Shown here: piece after piece, positions 8,735 to 19,100 of the stretch | Layout: every line of letters starts with the position of its first letter | Numbering within the stretch: position 1 is the stretch's first letter | Assembly: GCA_040752215.1 (NCBI GenBank) | Contig: JBFMEX010000044.1 | Location: 1 to 36,420 of the forward strand | Reading direction: 5' to 3' | Source of the DNA: Pseudomonadota bacterium | Lineage (GTDB): Bacteria > Pseudomonadota > Alphaproteobacteria > Rhizobiales > Hyphomicrobiaceae | Length of the DNA stretch: 36,420 bases | The notes under the pieces: model-generated | The model's database searches: none | Seen by the model: the letters and a program-made list of their open reading frames with translations, nothing else | Told to the model about the DNA's origin: nothing | Program-made: the position numbers and the translations under genes

Positions 8735-8767
8735 GCGACATCCCGGCGCAAGCCGGGGGGCGGTCAC
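8735..8767. repeat. REP-like palindromic intergenic repeat, copy 2
   Basis: The sequence gcgacatcccggcgcaagccggggggcggtcac closely matches copy 1, with a few substitutions in a 33-nt unit and the same hairpin core. Confidence 0.7.
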
Positions 8768-8804
8768 CTTAGCGGTGATGCGCAACGGCCGGCTTGTGGT
8801 TGCC

Positions 8805-9530
8805 TCATCCCACCGCGTCGAGCCTCAGCCGGTGCACGAAGCGCCGGCGCTGGTCGGGCTTCAACCGCATCAGGCGCGGACGTTTGGCGCTCCATGCCCG
8901 CGTCATTGCCTCGGCGCGTGCACATAGCAGTCCGCGCGGGCAATCGTGGAGCACGAGCCCGCCGACCAGGCAGCCGAGCCGCTCCAGCCGCGGCTCGCGT
9001 ATGCCGAGCTCGCGGAGATGACGCAGCGTGTTGACGAGATAGTCGAGGTTCGAGCCGGCCCGGCCGCGCGCCCCGCGGATGATGCGTGCCTGCTCGGCGA
9101 GCGACAGGTGCCCGGCGTAGGCCGGATGTCGGCGCTCGGCGACGTAGGTGACAGCCTCGACCTCGCCATGATCGGGCCCGCCAAGCCAGAGCGAAACGCG
9201 CCGCTCGACGTAGACCCCCGTCACCTGCTCGCGCGCCCGAAGATAGCCGAGCGTGGTCCGCGCCTCGGCCGCCGGCACCCGGAACGCGACACCTTCGCAG
9301 GTTCCGCCGCGATCGAGCCCGAGCACGAGGCCCGGCTGCTCGCGCGTGCCGCGATAGTGAACCGAGGTGATGCAGAACGCGCGTGCATAGCCGACTAGGC
9401 GCGCCCGCCGCGCCTCTGCGAACTGGAACCCCGGCCGCCACATCAGCGATCCGTAGCCGAGCACCCACAAATCGCCGGCCCCGGGTGCCGCGCTCGTCAA
9501 CTCGTCGCTCTCCGTCTCGATCGCAGCCAT
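8805..9530 (-). CDS. ChaC-like gamma-glutamylcyclotransferase family protein
   Basis: The N-terminus is GGCT/ChaC-like (LWVLGYGSLMWRPGF) and the length is typical of ChaC. The gene lies 22 nt downstream of tyrC on the same strand. Confidence 0.75.
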   Translation of the reverse strand: MAAIETESDELTSAAPGAGDLWVLGYGSLMWRPGFQFAEARRARLVGYARAFCITSVHYRGTREQPGLVLGLDRGGTCEGVAFRVPAAEARTTLGYLRAREQVTGVYVERRVSLWLGGPDHGEVEAVTYVAERRHPAYAGHLSLAEQARIIRGARGRAGSNLDYLVNTLRHLRELGIREPRLERLGCLVGGLVLHDCPRGLLCARAEAMTRAWSAKRPRLMRLKPDQRRRFVHRLRLDAVG

Positions 9531-9552
9531 CGCTGCGTCTCCCGCGCTCTGC

Positions 9553-10488
9553 TCAGCGCTTCCGAGATCCCGCCGGAATGCGGCCGAAACTCGGCGCCGA
9601 GGTATCCTGGCCGGCGGCGATGATACCGCGCCTCACGGCGCGCGCCTCGGTGAACACGCGCTCGAGTGTTTCCCCGTCGCCGAATCGGATCGCCCGCTGC
9701 AGCGCCGTCAGATCCTCACTGAAGCGGCCGAGCATCTCCAGCACCGCCTCCTTGTTGTTGAGGAACACGTCACGCCACATGACGGGATCGGAGGCGGCGA
9801 TGCGGGTGAAGTCGCGAAACCCTCCCGCCGAGAACTTGATCACTTCCGAGTTGGTCACCCGCTCGAGGTGCTCGGCAGTATTGACGATGTTGTAGGCGAT
9901 GAGGTGCGGCACGTGGCTGGTGATCGCCAGCACCAGATCGTGGTGCTCGGGCGTCATGATCTCGACCTGGCTGCCCAGCGCGCGCCAGAACGCCTCGAGC
10001 CGCGCCACCGCCGCCGGCTCCGTTCCTTCGGGCGGCGTCAAGATGCACCAGCGCCCGTCGAACAGCTCGGCGAAGCCGGCCTCGGGGCCCGATTGCTCGG
10101 TTCCGGCGATCGGATGGCCGGGCACGAAGTGGACGCCAGCAGGCACGTGCGGGGCGATGTCGCGTACTACCGCCGCCTTCACCGAGCCGACGTCGGTCAA
10201 GATCGCTCCAGGTGCGAGATGCGGCCCGATCTCGGCCGCGAGCCCCCCGTAGGTCCCGACAGGCGAGCACAGGACGACAAGATCGGCGCCACGTACGGCG
10301 GCCGCCGCGTCGGGCTCGGCCCTGGCGACGAGTCCAAGCTCCAGCGCTTTCTGACGCGTCGCCTCGCTGCGCGCCGCGCCGACAATTTCGCCGGCAATGT
10401 CGCCGCGCCGGCAGGCATGGCTGATCGATGAGCCAATGAGACCGATGCCGATCAGCGCCACGCGCTGGAAATGAGTGACCCCGCTCAT
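9553..10488 (-). CDS. tyrC: prephenate/cyclohexadienyl (arogenate) dehydrogenase
   Basis: An NAD-binding motif is present ([12 protein letters not shown]) along with a TyrA-family core. The ATG at 10488 overlaps the hisC stop (ATGA). The listed 730-aa ORF 9553..11745 is a fusion artefact with an out-of-frame hisC region. Confidence 0.9.
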   Translation of the reverse strand: MSGVTHFQRVALIGIGLIGSSISHACRRGDIAGEIVGAARSEATRQKALELGLVARAEPDAAAAVRGADLVVLCSPVGTYGGLAAEIGPHLAPGAILTDVGSVKAAVVRDIAPHVPAGVHFVPGHPIAGTEQSGPEAGFAELFDGRWCILTPPEGTEPAAVARLEAFWRALGSQVEIMTPEHHDLVLAITSHVPHLIAYNIVNTAEHLERVTNSEVIKFSAGGFRDFTRIAASDPVMWRDVFLNNKEAVLEMLGRFSEDLTALQRAIRFGDGETLERVFTEARAVRRGIIAAGQDTSAPSFGRIPAGSRKR

Positions 10489-11591
10489 GCCGCGGCCCTT
10501 CCGGTGAATGCGGCCAGCGCCGCCACCACCGCGCGGTTGTCCGCCTCGCTGCCGACGGTGAGGCGGAGGCAGTCCGGCAGGCCGTAGCCCGCAACGCGGC
10601 GCAGAATGAGCCCCCGCGATTTCAGGAACGCGTCCGCCGCCGCCGCGCCGCGCGCTCGCTCGGACGGGAAATGGATGAGCAGGAAATTGGCGACGCTCGG
10701 CGTGACCGTGAGGCCGAGCTTGCCGATCTCCGCCGTCAGCCAGGCGAGCTGCCTCTCGTTGTGCTCGACCGCCTTCTCCATGTGCGCCTGATCGCCAATC
10801 GCGGCGACACCGGCAAGGATCGCCGGGCTCGACACGTTGAATGGCCCGCGGATGCGGTTGAGCGCATCCGCCACCGGCCCCGGGCAATACGCCCAGCCGA
10901 GCCGCAGCGCGGCGAGCCCGTGGATCTTGGAGAAGGTCCGCGTCATAACCGTATTGGGTGTGGTCGCGACCAGCTCGATGCCCGCCTCGTAGTCGTTGCG
11001 GCGCACGTACTCGGCATAGGCCGCATCGAGCACCAGCAGCACGTCGGACGGCAGCCCGGCGCGCAGCCGGCGCACCTCGTCGATGCCGATGTAGGTGCCG
11101 GTCGGATTGTTGGGGTTGGCGAGGAACACGATTCTGGTCCGCTCGCTGACCCGCGCCAGGATCGCGTCGACGTCGGTCCTCAACCCCTTCTCGGGCGCAG
11201 CGACCGGTGTCGCCCCGTTGGCCAGGATGGCGATGCGATAGACGAGGAACCCGTGCTCGGTGAAGATGCCCTCGTCGCCCGGCCCGAGGTAGGCGTGCGC
11301 GAGCAGGCTCAAGAGCTCGTCGGAGCCGGCGCCGCACACGATCCGCTCGGCGTCGAGGCCGTAGCGATGCGCGATAGCCCGTCTCAGCTCGCCGGCGGTG
11401 CCGTCCGGATAGCGTTCCAGCGCCCCGGCGGCGGAGCGGAACGCCTCGACCGCCTTCGGGCTCGGCCCTAGCGGCGTCTCGTTGGAGGAGAGCTTGACCG
11501 GCACGATGCCGCCCGGCAGCGCGCTCTCGCCCGGAACATAGGCCTCGATGTCGAGGATGCCGGGCCTCGGCCTCGGCGCGGGATTGGCCAT
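10485..11591 (-). CDS. hisC: histidinol-phosphate aminotransferase
   Basis: This is a class-II aminotransferase. The N-terminus is [21 protein letters not shown]. The PLP-lysine context is [17 protein letters not shown]. Confidence 0.9.
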   Translation of the reverse strand: MANPAPRPRPGILDIEAYVPGESALPGGIVPVKLSSNETPLGPSPKAVEAFRSAAGALERYPDGTAGELRRAIAHRYGLDAERIVCGAGSDELLSLLAHAYLGPGDEGIFTEHGFLVYRIAILANGATPVAAPEKGLRTDVDAILARVSERTRIVFLANPNNPTGTYIGIDEVRRLRAGLPSDVLLVLDAAYAEYVRRNDYEAGIELVATTPNTVMTRTFSKIHGLAALRLGWAYCPGPVADALNRIRGPFNVSSPAILAGVAAIGDQAHMEKAVEHNERQLAWLTAEIGKLGLTVTPSVANFLLIHFPSERARGAAAADAFLKSRGLILRRVAGYGLPDCLRLTVGSEADNRAVVAALAAFTGRAAA

Positions 11592-11821
11592 CGTCGTCGT
11601 CTTTCTGAGAGTCGTCCACGCCACGAGCGCGCCAGAGTGATAGACGAGCGCCCCGCGGTTTCAAAGGGCCAACCGTGACTGGATATAAAGCATCGCCGGA
11701 CCAGCAGGTTGACGCCCGCCCCCCGCGTCCGATATTGATGGCCATCGTGGTGATTTGGCCGGCCGGCTTGCAGCCACGTTAAACAACTCGCTAAAAGGCC
11801 GTGCGCACCCGGAATTCGGAT

Positions 11822-11866
11822 GAGCCCGGCTATCAGGCGGGTGGTCCGAGCCGGGTTTTTCGTTTG
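11822..11866 (+). promoter_or_regulatory. terminator-like hairpin plus U-tract in the metX 5' leader (candidate attenuator or riboswitch expression platform)
   Basis: The stem cccggct(11825-11831)/agccggg(11849-11855) is followed by tttttcgtttg, about 45 nt upstream of the metX ATG, in a divergent intergenic region where no upstream gene needs a terminator. Confidence 0.3.
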
Positions 11867-11907
11867 TGCCTCGGCGACAGCCGCCTGCGGCACGAGGAGT
11901 GCGTGGG

Positions 11908-13119
11908 ATGGAGTCCCATTTCGTCGTCCCGAGTGGAGAGGCGAGGCAGAGCCGCGCTAGCGTGGACCCCGCGCAGCGCCTGCGCGAGGCCTCGCGGCCG
12001 TCGAGCGAGGTGCTGGTGCTCCCCGAGAGCGAGCCCTTGCATCTAGACGGCGGTCAGCTGCTCGCTCCGGTTCAGATCGCCTACAAGACCTGGGGCGCGC
12101 TCAATGCGGAGAGATCCAACGCGATCCTCGTCTGTCACGCGCTGACCGGCGACCAGTACGTGGTCGGCGAGCATCCCGTGACCGGCAAGGCCGGCTGGTG
12201 GGAGACGCTGGTCGGCCCCGGCAAGCCGATCGACACGAACCGCTTCTTCGTCATCTGCGCCAACATCCTCGGCGGCTGCATGGGCACGACGGGCCCAGCC
12301 TCGATCAATCCCAAGACCGGCCGCCCTTACGGCCTCGACTTTCCCGTCATCACCATCGGCGACATGGTGCAGGCGCAAGTGCGACTGATCGACCACCTCG
12401 GCATACCCGAGCTGTTCTCGGTCATCGGCGGCTCGATGGGCGGCATGCAGGTGCTGGAGTGGGCGGCGCGCCACAAGGAGCGCGTGTTTTCCGCCATCCC
12501 GATCGCCACCGCGGCCTTGCACTCCTCGCAGAACATCGCCTTCCACGAGGTCGGCCGCCAAGCGGTGATGGCCGATCCCGACTGGTGCGGCGGCAATTAT
12601 CACGCCGCGGGCAAGGTGCCGAGGAACGGCCTCGCGGTCGCGCGCATGGCCGCCCACATCACCTATCTCTCCGAGGATGCGCTGCACGAGAAGTTCGGCC
12701 GCAATCTGCAGAACCGCGCCGAGCGCACGTTCTCCTTCGACGCCGACTTCCAGGTCGAGAGCTATCTGCGCCACCAGGGCTCGACGTTCGTCGACCGCTT
12801 CGACGCCAATAGCTACCTCTACATCACCCGCGCGATGGACTACTACGACCTGGCAGCCGAGCACGGGCAGGTGCTCGCCAGCGCCTTCGCGGGCACCAGG
12901 ACGCGCTTCTTCGTCGTGTCGTTCTCGAGCGACTGGCTGTACCCGACACGGGAGAGCCGCAAGATCGTGCATGCGCTCAACGCCGTCGCGGCCAACGTGT
13001 CGTTCGTCGAGATCCAGAGCAACAAGGGCCACGATGCGTTCCTGCTCGAAGAGCCGGAGTTGTTCGCGACCGTCAGAGGCTTCGTCGATTCCGCCGCCCA
13101 GCGGCGCGGCATCGCATGA
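11908..13119 (+). CDS. metX: homoserine O-acetyltransferase
   Basis: An alpha/beta-hydrolase nucleophile elbow (GGSMGGMQ) sits in a MetX-family context ([13 protein letters not shown]). GAGGAG lies 8 nt before the ATG at 11908. Confidence 0.9.
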   Translation: MESHFVVPSGEARQSRASVDPAQRLREASRPSSEVLVLPESEPLHLDGGQLLAPVQIAYKTWGALNAERSNAILVCHALTGDQYVVGEHPVTGKAGWWETLVGPGKPIDTNRFFVICANILGGCMGTTGPASINPKTGRPYGLDFPVITIGDMVQAQVRLIDHLGIPELFSVIGGSMGGMQVLEWAARHKERVFSAIPIATAALHSSQNIAFHEVGRQAVMADPDWCGGNYHAAGKVPRNGLAVARMAAHITYLSEDALHEKFGRNLQNRAERTFSFDADFQVESYLRHQGSTFVDRFDANSYLYITRAMDYYDLAAEHGQVLASAFAGTRTRFFVVSFSSDWLYPTRESRKIVHALNAVAANVSFVEIQSNKGHDAFLLEEPELFATVRGFVDSAAQRRGIA

Positions 13120-13778
13120 CGGAGCGATCGCCGATGGCGGAGACGATCCACTCCTCGGCCCATCCCGGCGCCCACCGCGCCGACCACTTGTTCATCGCCG
13201 AAATGGTAACGCCGGGCTCGCGCGTACTCGACGTCGGCTGCGGCGACGGTGCCCTGTTGCAGCTGTTGATGGACACCAAGGCGGTCGACGGTCGCGGCAT
13301 CGAGCTCTCACGCGAGCGCGTCAGCGCCTGCGTCGCGCGCGGCCTCTCCGTCATCCAGGGCGACGCCGACCGCGATCTCGACGACTATCCCGATCGCGCC
13401 TTCGATTACGCGGTCCTCTCGCTCACCATCCAGGCCACGCGCTATCCGCGCGAGGTGCTGCTCAACCTACTCAGGATAGGCCGCCGCGCCATCGTCTCGT
13501 TCCCGAACTTCGGCCACTGGGGCATCCGCGCCCAGCTGCTCTTCACCGGCCGCATGCCGGTCACACCCAACCTGCCCGACAGCTGGTACGCGAGCCCCAA
13601 CGCGCACCTGTGCACGATCAAGGATTTCACCGACCTCGTGCAACACGTCGACGCCGAGGTCGAGGAGGCGGTGGCGTTCTCGGCCCGCGGCAAGAAGCTG
13701 CCGATCCGCAACTCCCGCTCGGCCCAGAACCTGTTCGGCGAGAAGGCGGTGTTCCTGCTCCGCCATCGCACGCAATGA
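13116..13778 (+). CDS. metW: methionine biosynthesis protein MetW
   Basis: A SAM-binding motif is present ([13 protein letters not shown]). The ATG overlaps the metX stop (ATGA). Confidence 0.9.
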   Translation: MTERSPMAETIHSSAHPGAHRADHLFIAEMVTPGSRVLDVGCGDGALLQLLMDTKAVDGRGIELSRERVSACVARGLSVIQGDADRDLDDYPDRAFDYAVLSLTIQATRYPREVLLNLLRIGRRAIVSFPNFGHWGIRAQLLFTGRMPVTPNLPDSWYASPNAHLCTIKDFTDLVQHVDAEVEEAVAFSARGKKLPIRNSRSAQNLFGEKAVFLLRHRTQ

Positions 13779-13915
13779 GTGCGCGCGGCAGGTCGGGTTG
13801 GGCCGAACTGCACCTGCGGCCGTAACCCGACAAGAATGGAAGGAGATGACGTTGTGCCACGGGCGGGCCTTGCGCTGCGCTGCGACACAATGCGGCTCGA
13901 CCGCGCTCGGCCAAC

Positions 13916-14632
13916 CTACCGCGTCACCGACACGAGGCCGCCGAGCGCGCGGGCGCGCGCAAGCTTGCCCGCTGGCGCGACCAGCTCCTTGCTCGCCTCG
14001 ACGATGATGACGCCGGCGAACGCCGGCGTGAGGCGCGCACCCAGCCGCTCGATTGCCGTCGCCGACCGGAGCAGCAGCCGATGCCCGATCGGCGGCGCAT
14101 AGAGCGCCGTCTCGAATGCGATCGGCGTGAACAGAGCATCGCGCAGCAGGCGGTCGAGCTGGCCGCGGCTGTAGGGTCGGCCATGGCCGAACGGCGTCGC
14201 ATCCGTGCGCGCCCAAATCCCGCGCCGGTTCGGCACCACCAGCAGCAAACGGCCCTCGGGCGCCAGCACGCGCCACACCTCGCGCAGCAGCGGCTGCACC
14301 CTCTCCGCCGCCTCCAGGCAGTGCACCGCGAGCAGCCGCTCGACCGAGCTGTCGGCGAGCGGCAGGCGATCCTCCTCCACCAGCACCGAGAGCCGCTTGC
14401 CCTCGGCCGGCCAGACCAGCGCCCCCTGGCTCGACGGCATCAGCGCGCCGATCCGTCCCGCCTCGCCGCGGAAGCTGCCGAGATAGGGTGCCGCGTAGCC
14501 GAGCCCGATCAGCGTCGTGCCCTTGACCGACGCCCAGCGCTGGCGAATGCGCCGTGCCAGTCCGCGCCGCACCATCTGCCCGAGTGGCGTCGCGTAGAAG
14601 TCTCGCAGCTCCTCGACATCGATATGCGTCAT
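13916..14632 (-). CDS. class I SAM-dependent methyltransferase
   Basis: A methyltransferase-type fold is visible (TLIGLGYAAPYLG...RLLLVVPN). The ATG lies at 14630-14632. The listed ORF 13916..14929 includes 99 extra N-terminal codons. Confidence 0.7.
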   Translation of the reverse strand: MTHIDVEELRDFYATPLGQMVRRGLARRIRQRWASVKGTTLIGLGYAAPYLGSFRGEAGRIGALMPSSQGALVWPAEGKRLSVLVEEDRLPLADSSVERLLAVHCLEAAERVQPLLREVWRVLAPEGRLLLVVPNRRGIWARTDATPFGHGRPYSRGQLDRLLRDALFTPIAFETALYAPPIGHRLLLRSATAIERLGARLTPAFAGVIIVEASKELVAPAGKLARARALGGLVSVTR

Positions 14633-14816
14633 CGCTCTTTCGCCGATTCGACTGGCAATCGGGGCGGCCGCCAATGATGCACGATTTTTCGCCGTCGCCA
14701 AACCGGGCCCCTGAGCGCGCATGGACTGGCGCATCGGCCTTCTTTTGTTAAGGTGACGCCAAGGACCGCTGCTCGACGGCGGCTCGCCAAACCGCAACGT
14801 CCCAGGGAGAGAGACC

Positions 14817-15773
14817 ATGAGGCCATCCAACCAACGCCGCACGCTCGCCGCAATCGCCGGACTTTCCGCGCTGCTCGCGGCCCCCGTCGCCGGCGCCGAG
14901 ACCTTCATCAATGTGCTGACGGGCGGCACCAGCGGCGTCTACTATCCGCTCGGCGTCGCGCTCTCCAAGATCTACGGCGAGAAGATCCCCGGCGTCAGGA
15001 CCCAGGTGCAGGCGACCAAAGCCTCGGTCGAGAACCTCAACCTGCTGCAGAAGGGCAAGGGCGAGATCGCGTTCGCGCTCGGCGATTCCGTGCAGCTCGC
15101 CTGGGCCGGCGACGCGGAAGCCGGCTTCAAGGAGAAGCTCGACAAGCTACGCGGCATCGCCGCCATCTACCCGAACTACATCCAGGTCGTCGCTTCCAAG
15201 GACAGCGGCATCAAGAGCCTCGCCGAGCTCAAGGGCAAGAGCCTCTCGGTGGGCGCGCCGAAGTCGGGCACCGAGCTCAACGCGCGCGCGATCCTCAAGG
15301 CCGCTGGCCTCGCCTACGCCGACCTCAGCAAGACCGAGTATCTGCCGTTCGCCGAGTCGGTCGAGCTTATGAAGAACCGCCAGCTCGACGCGACGCTGCA
15401 GTCGGCCGGCCTCGGCGTCGCCTCGATCCGCGATCTCGCGACGTCGTTGCCGATCCAGATGGTCGAGGTGCCGGCTGCGATCGCCGACAAGCTCGGTGCG
15501 CCCTATCTCGCGGCTACGATTCCGGCCAAGACCTACGAGGGTCAGGCCGATGCCGTTGCCACGCTGACCATCGGCAACGTGCTCGTCACCCACGCCGGCG
15601 TGCCGGAGGAAACCGTCTATCAGATGACCAAGCAGATATTCGAGAACCTGCCGGAGCTCGTTGCCGCGCACAAGGCCGCGGCCGCGATCAAGCTCGAGAC
15701 GGCGAAGCAGGGCATGCCTGTGCCGCTGCATCCAGGGGCCGAGCGCTACTACAAGGAGAAGGGCCTGAAATAG
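14817..15773 (+). CDS. TAXI-family TRAP transporter solute-binding protein
   Basis: A signal peptide is present (LAAIAGLSALLAAPVAGAET). The sequence is TAXI-like (LTGGTSGVYYPLG...SVGAPKSGTELNARAIL). GGGAGAGAG lies upstream of the ATG. Confidence 0.85.
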   Translation: MRPSNQRRTLAAIAGLSALLAAPVAGAETFINVLTGGTSGVYYPLGVALSKIYGEKIPGVRTQVQATKASVENLNLLQKGKGEIAFALGDSVQLAWAGDAEAGFKEKLDKLRGIAAIYPNYIQVVASKDSGIKSLAELKGKSLSVGAPKSGTELNARAILKAAGLAYADLSKTEYLPFAESVELMKNRQLDATLQSAGLGVASIRDLATSLPIQMVEVPAAIADKLGAPYLAATIPAKTYEGQADAVATLTIGNVLVTHAGVPEETVYQMTKQIFENLPELVAAHKAAAAIKLETAKQGMPVPLHPGAERYYKEKGLK

Positions 15774-15804
15774 CCTTTTGCCGCCTTGCCAGAGCGAGAC
15801 CGGC

Positions 15805-17910
15805 ATGACGCGCCCCGACGCAACCGACCCCAGCCACACCGGCGCCGCGAGCCTGGAGACGCACGACCGTCTCGCGGCGCCGTTCCCGCCCGGGCTCGAG
15901 GGCCGCGTGCTGCTCGGGCTCGCGATCGCCTTCTCGCTGTTCCAGATCGCTACCGCCGCGCACGTCGTCGACCTGCCGAGCCAGATCGTGCGCGCCGTGC
16001 ACGTCGGCTTCCTCACCTTGCTCGCGTTCCCGCTCGTCGCCAGCACGCTCCGCTGGACGGCGCCCGCCCGCGCCCTCTCCTGGCTCGTCGGCGCGGCCGG
16101 CTTCGCGGTCGGTCTCTACCAGTGGATCGAGTACAAGGAGCTGATCCTGCGCTCGGGCGATCTCACCGAGACCGACGTCGTCGTCGGCATCGCCAGCATC
16201 GCCATCCTGCTCGTTGCCACCTGGATCGCGCTCGGCCCCTCGCTGCCGATCCTCGCGTCCGTGTTCTTGCTCTATTGCCTCCTCGGCAACCACCTGCCCG
16301 CACCGCTCGACCACCGTGGCTACGACATCGCCCAGGTGATCGACCACATGGCGTTCGGCACCGAGGGCATCTACGGCATCCCGACCTACGTCTCCTCGAC
16401 CTACATCTTCCTGTTCATCCTGTTCGGCGCGTTCCTCGAGCGCGCCGGCATGATCAATCTCTTCACCGACGTGTCGATGGGCCTCGTCGGCCACACCCGC
16501 GGCGGCCCGGCCAAGGTCTCCGTCGTCTCCTCGGCGATGATGGGGACCATCTCGGGCTCCGGCGTCGCCAACGTCGTCACCACCGGCCAGTTCACAATTC
16601 CCTTGATGAAGCGGTTCGGCTACCGACCGGCGTTCGCCGGCGGCGTCGAGGCCACCGCCTCGATGGGCGGCCAGATCATGCCGCCAGTGATGGGCGCGGT
16701 CGCCTTCATCATGGCCGAGACGCTCGATATTCCCTACGCCAAGGTCGTCGAGGCCGCCGTGATCCCGGCGCTGCTCTATTTCGCCTCCGCCTTCTGGATG
16801 GTGCATCTCGAGGCCGGCAAGCGCGGCCTGCTCGGGCTGCCGATCGACGACCTGCCATCAGCCCTCGGCGCCATCAGGCGCGGCTGGCATCTGCTGCTGC
16901 CGCTCGCGGCGCTCGTCTACCTGCTGTTCGCTGGATATACCCCGCTCTACGCGGGCACCGTGGGCCTCGCGCTCACGGCGCTATTGATCCTCGGCACCTC
17001 GGTGGCGCTCGGCATCCCGCCATTCTGGCTGAGAGTGCTGTTCTGGATCGGCCTCGGCATCGTCGGTGCCGCGTTCTTCAAGTACGGCCTCGGCCTCGTC
17101 GGCGCGGCGATCGGGCTGCTGATCGCTGTCAACCTGATGACCCGCGGCGGCCGCGAGACCGTGTGGAGCGCCATCCAGGGCCTCGCCGAGGGCGCCAAGG
17201 CCGCGATTCCCGTCGGCATCGCCTGCGCCGTCGTCGGCATCGTCGTCGGCACCATGACGCTGACCGGCGCCGCCACCAATTTCGGCCGCTTCGTCGTCTC
17301 CGTCGGGGAATCGAGCCTGATCCTCTCGCTCGTCCTCACCATGCTGACCTCGATCGTGCTCGGCATGGGCATCCCGACCATCCCGAACTACATCATCACC
17401 TCTTCGCTCGCCGGCCCGGCCCTGCTCGAGCTCGGCGTGCCGCTGATCGTCGGCCACATGTTCGTGTTCTACTTCGGCATCCTCGCCGATCTGACGCCGC
17501 CGGTCGCGCTCGCCTGCTTCGCCGCCGCCCCGATCGCGCGCGAGAGCGGGCTCAAGATCTCGTTCCAGGCGGTCAAGATCGCCGCCGCCGGATTCGTCGT
17601 GCCGTACATGGCGGTCTACTCGCCGGCCTTGATGCTGCAGGATGGCGGCCCGCTCTCGGCGGCGATCGGCTATCCATTGGCGGTCGCCTACATCGTCACC
17701 AAGGCGGTGCTCGCAATGGCGCTGTGGGGGGCGGCGGTGATCGGATTCCTGAGGAGCCACATGAACTGGCCCGAGCGCATCCTCGCGGCTGCGGCCGCCG
17801 CCTCGCTCATCGTCGCCCTGCCGTTGACCGACGAGATCGGATTTGCGCTCGCCCTCGTGGTGCTGCTCTGGCATTGGCGCCGGCTGCGCGCGCGGACGGT
17901 GGCGCCATGA
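15805..17910 (+). CDS. TRAP transporter fused permease (TAXI-type, DctQM-like fusion)
   Basis: A hydrophobic polytopic protein of about 700 aa lies immediately after the TAXI binding protein. The ATG is at 15805; the listed start 15778 is TTG. Confidence 0.85.
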   Translation: MTRPDATDPSHTGAASLETHDRLAAPFPPGLEGRVLLGLAIAFSLFQIATAAHVVDLPSQIVRAVHVGFLTLLAFPLVASTLRWTAPARALSWLVGAAGFAVGLYQWIEYKELILRSGDLTETDVVVGIASIAILLVATWIALGPSLPILASVFLLYCLLGNHLPAPLDHRGYDIAQVIDHMAFGTEGIYGIPTYVSSTYIFLFILFGAFLERAGMINLFTDVSMGLVGHTRGGPAKVSVVSSAMMGTISGSGVANVVTTGQFTIPLMKRFGYRPAFAGGVEATASMGGQIMPPVMGAVAFIMAETLDIPYAKVVEAAVIPALLYFASAFWMVHLEAGKRGLLGLPIDDLPSALGAIRRGWHLLLPLAALVYLLFAGYTPLYAGTVGLALTALLILGTSVALGIPPFWLRVLFWIGLGIVGAAFFKYGLGLVGAAIGLLIAVNLMTRGGRETVWSAIQGLAEGAKAAIPVGIACAVVGIVVGTMTLTGAATNFGRFVVSVGESSLILSLVLTMLTSIVLGMGIPTIPNYIITSSLAGPALLELGVPLIVGHMFVFYFGILADLTPPVALACFAAAPIARESGLKISFQAVKIAAAGFVVPYMAVYSPALMLQDGGPLSAAIGYPLAVAYIVTKAVLAMALWGAAVIGFLRSHMNWPERILAAAAAASLIVALPLTDEIGFALALVVLLWHWRRLRARTVAP

Positions 17911-18311
17911 TCTGCGTCGCCGCCGCCGGCAAGGTCGTCTCGCTCGCCGCGACCCTCGTCACCCTCTCCTGGACCCACACCATAGAGCGCGTGCCGTGGG
18001 AGGAGGACTGGCGCCTCGAGGAGGGGCGCCTCGTCCTGGCTGAGGCGCGCGTCAAGGGTTCCGGCGCAGGCATGGAGCCACCCGCCGACGCCCGGCTGAT
18101 CGACGGCTGGTGGCGCTTTCGACCCGCGCTGCCGCCGCGCGCCCGCATCACGCTCGCCGCCTCGGATGCGGTGGCCGCCGGCTGGCGCCTCTGCGCGGGC
18201 GAGCACTGCCACACCATAGGCGCATTGCCCGATGGCGCCGGCCCGATCACAATCGAGCCGTGCGCGGCGGACGCCGACATGACGGCGGGACCCACCACCA
18301 CCCGGCCATAG
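17907..18311 (+). CDS. DUF1850-like small protein associated with TAXI-TRAP permeases
   Basis: The ATG overlaps the permease stop (ATGA). The sequence is WTHTIERVPWEEDWRLEEGRLVL... and the ORF is 134 aa. It is the only real part of the listed 841-aa ORF 15786..18311. Confidence 0.65.
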   Translation: MICVAAAGKVVSLAATLVTLSWTHTIERVPWEEDWRLEEGRLVLAEARVKGSGAGMEPPADARLIDGWWRFRPALPPRARITLAASDAVAAGWRLCAGEHCHTIGALPDGAGPITIEPCAADADMTAGPTTTRP

Positions 18312-18326
18312 CGTCCAGGGAATGTC

Positions 18327-19097
18327 ATGAGCCTCCTGCACATCCACCAGTTCCGCTGCCTCGACGACAACTACGGCGTGCTGATCCACGACGCGGGCTC
18401 GGGCGTCACCGCCTCGATCGACGCCGCCGACGCCGGTGCGATCGCCGAGGAACTCGCGGCCAAGCGCTGGAACCTGACCCACATCCTGACGACCCACCAT
18501 CACGCCGACCACACGCAAGGCAACCTCGAGCTCAAGGCGGCGAGCGGCTGCACAATTCTCGGCCCGGCCGCCGAGGCAGGCCGCATCCCCGGCATCGACG
18601 TCGCACTCGCCGACGGCGACATCTATCGGCTCGGCGCTTTCGACGTGCGTGTCATCTCCACTCCCGGCCACACCGCCGGCCACTGTGTCTACTGGATCCC
18701 GGAAGCCGACGTCGCCTTCGTCGGCGACACGTTGTTCGCGCTCGGCTGCGGGCGCGTGTTCGAGGGCACGCCGGAGATGATGTGGAACTCGCTGCGCAAG
18801 CTGATGGCGTTGCCGCCGGAGACGGCGATCTATTGCGGCCACGAGTACACCGCCGCCAACGCCCGCTTCGCGCTGACGATCGAGCCCGAGAACGAGGCGC
18901 TGCAGCAGCGCGCCCGCGAGGTCGCCGATCTCGCCGCACGCCACCAGCCGACGATCCCGACCCGCATCGGCCTCGAGCTCGAGACCAATCCGTTCCTGAG
19001 GCCCCATTCGAAGGCGATCCGCGCCCGCCTCGGCCTGGAGCGGGCCAAGGACTGGCAGGTTTTCGCCGAGATCCGCGCTCGCAAGAACAAGGCCTGA
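18327..19097 (+). CDS. gloB: hydroxyacylglutathione hydrolase (glyoxalase II)
   Basis: A metallo-beta-lactamase fold with the THHHADH motif and the GloB C-terminus. Confidence 0.9.
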   Translation: MSLLHIHQFRCLDDNYGVLIHDAGSGVTASIDAADAGAIAEELAAKRWNLTHILTTHHHADHTQGNLELKAASGCTILGPAAEAGRIPGIDVALADGDIYRLGAFDVRVISTPGHTAGHCVYWIPEADVAFVGDTLFALGCGRVFEGTPEMMWNSLRKLMALPPETAIYCGHEYTAANARFALTIEPENEALQQRAREVADLAARHQPTIPTRIGLELETNPFLRPHSKAIRARLGLERAKDWQVFAEIRARKNKA

Positions 19098-19100
19098 GCC

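Noticed and set aside
7908-8741. ORF 7908..8741 (-) and small ORFs 8503..8712 and 8714..9034 spanning the repeat region
   Set aside because: Their translations contain the REP-derived RIPACAGMT and VIPAQAGI motifs. These are classic spurious hypothetical proteins generated by intergenic repeats.
9553-11745. Single 730-aa ORF 9553..11745 (-)
   Set aside because: This is a chimera. The C-terminal 311 aa is TyrC. The upstream part is an out-of-frame reading of hisC, whose true frame (10485..11591) has the aminotransferase motifs.
11745-11907. Calling the metX leader a SAM-II riboswitch outright
   Set aside because: I could not match the SAM-II consensus by eye. Only the terminator-like hairpin is supported, so it is reported as a candidate attenuator only.
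12043-13032. ORF 12043..13032 (-, 329 aa) and 12677..13825 (+, 382 aa)
   Set aside because: These are antisense or alternative frames of metX/metW.
13779-13915. Inverted repeat gtcgggtt...aacccgac between convergent metW and methyltransferase genes as a terminator
   Set aside because: It has an 8-bp stem but a 24-nt loop and no T-tract on either strand, which is too weak to call.
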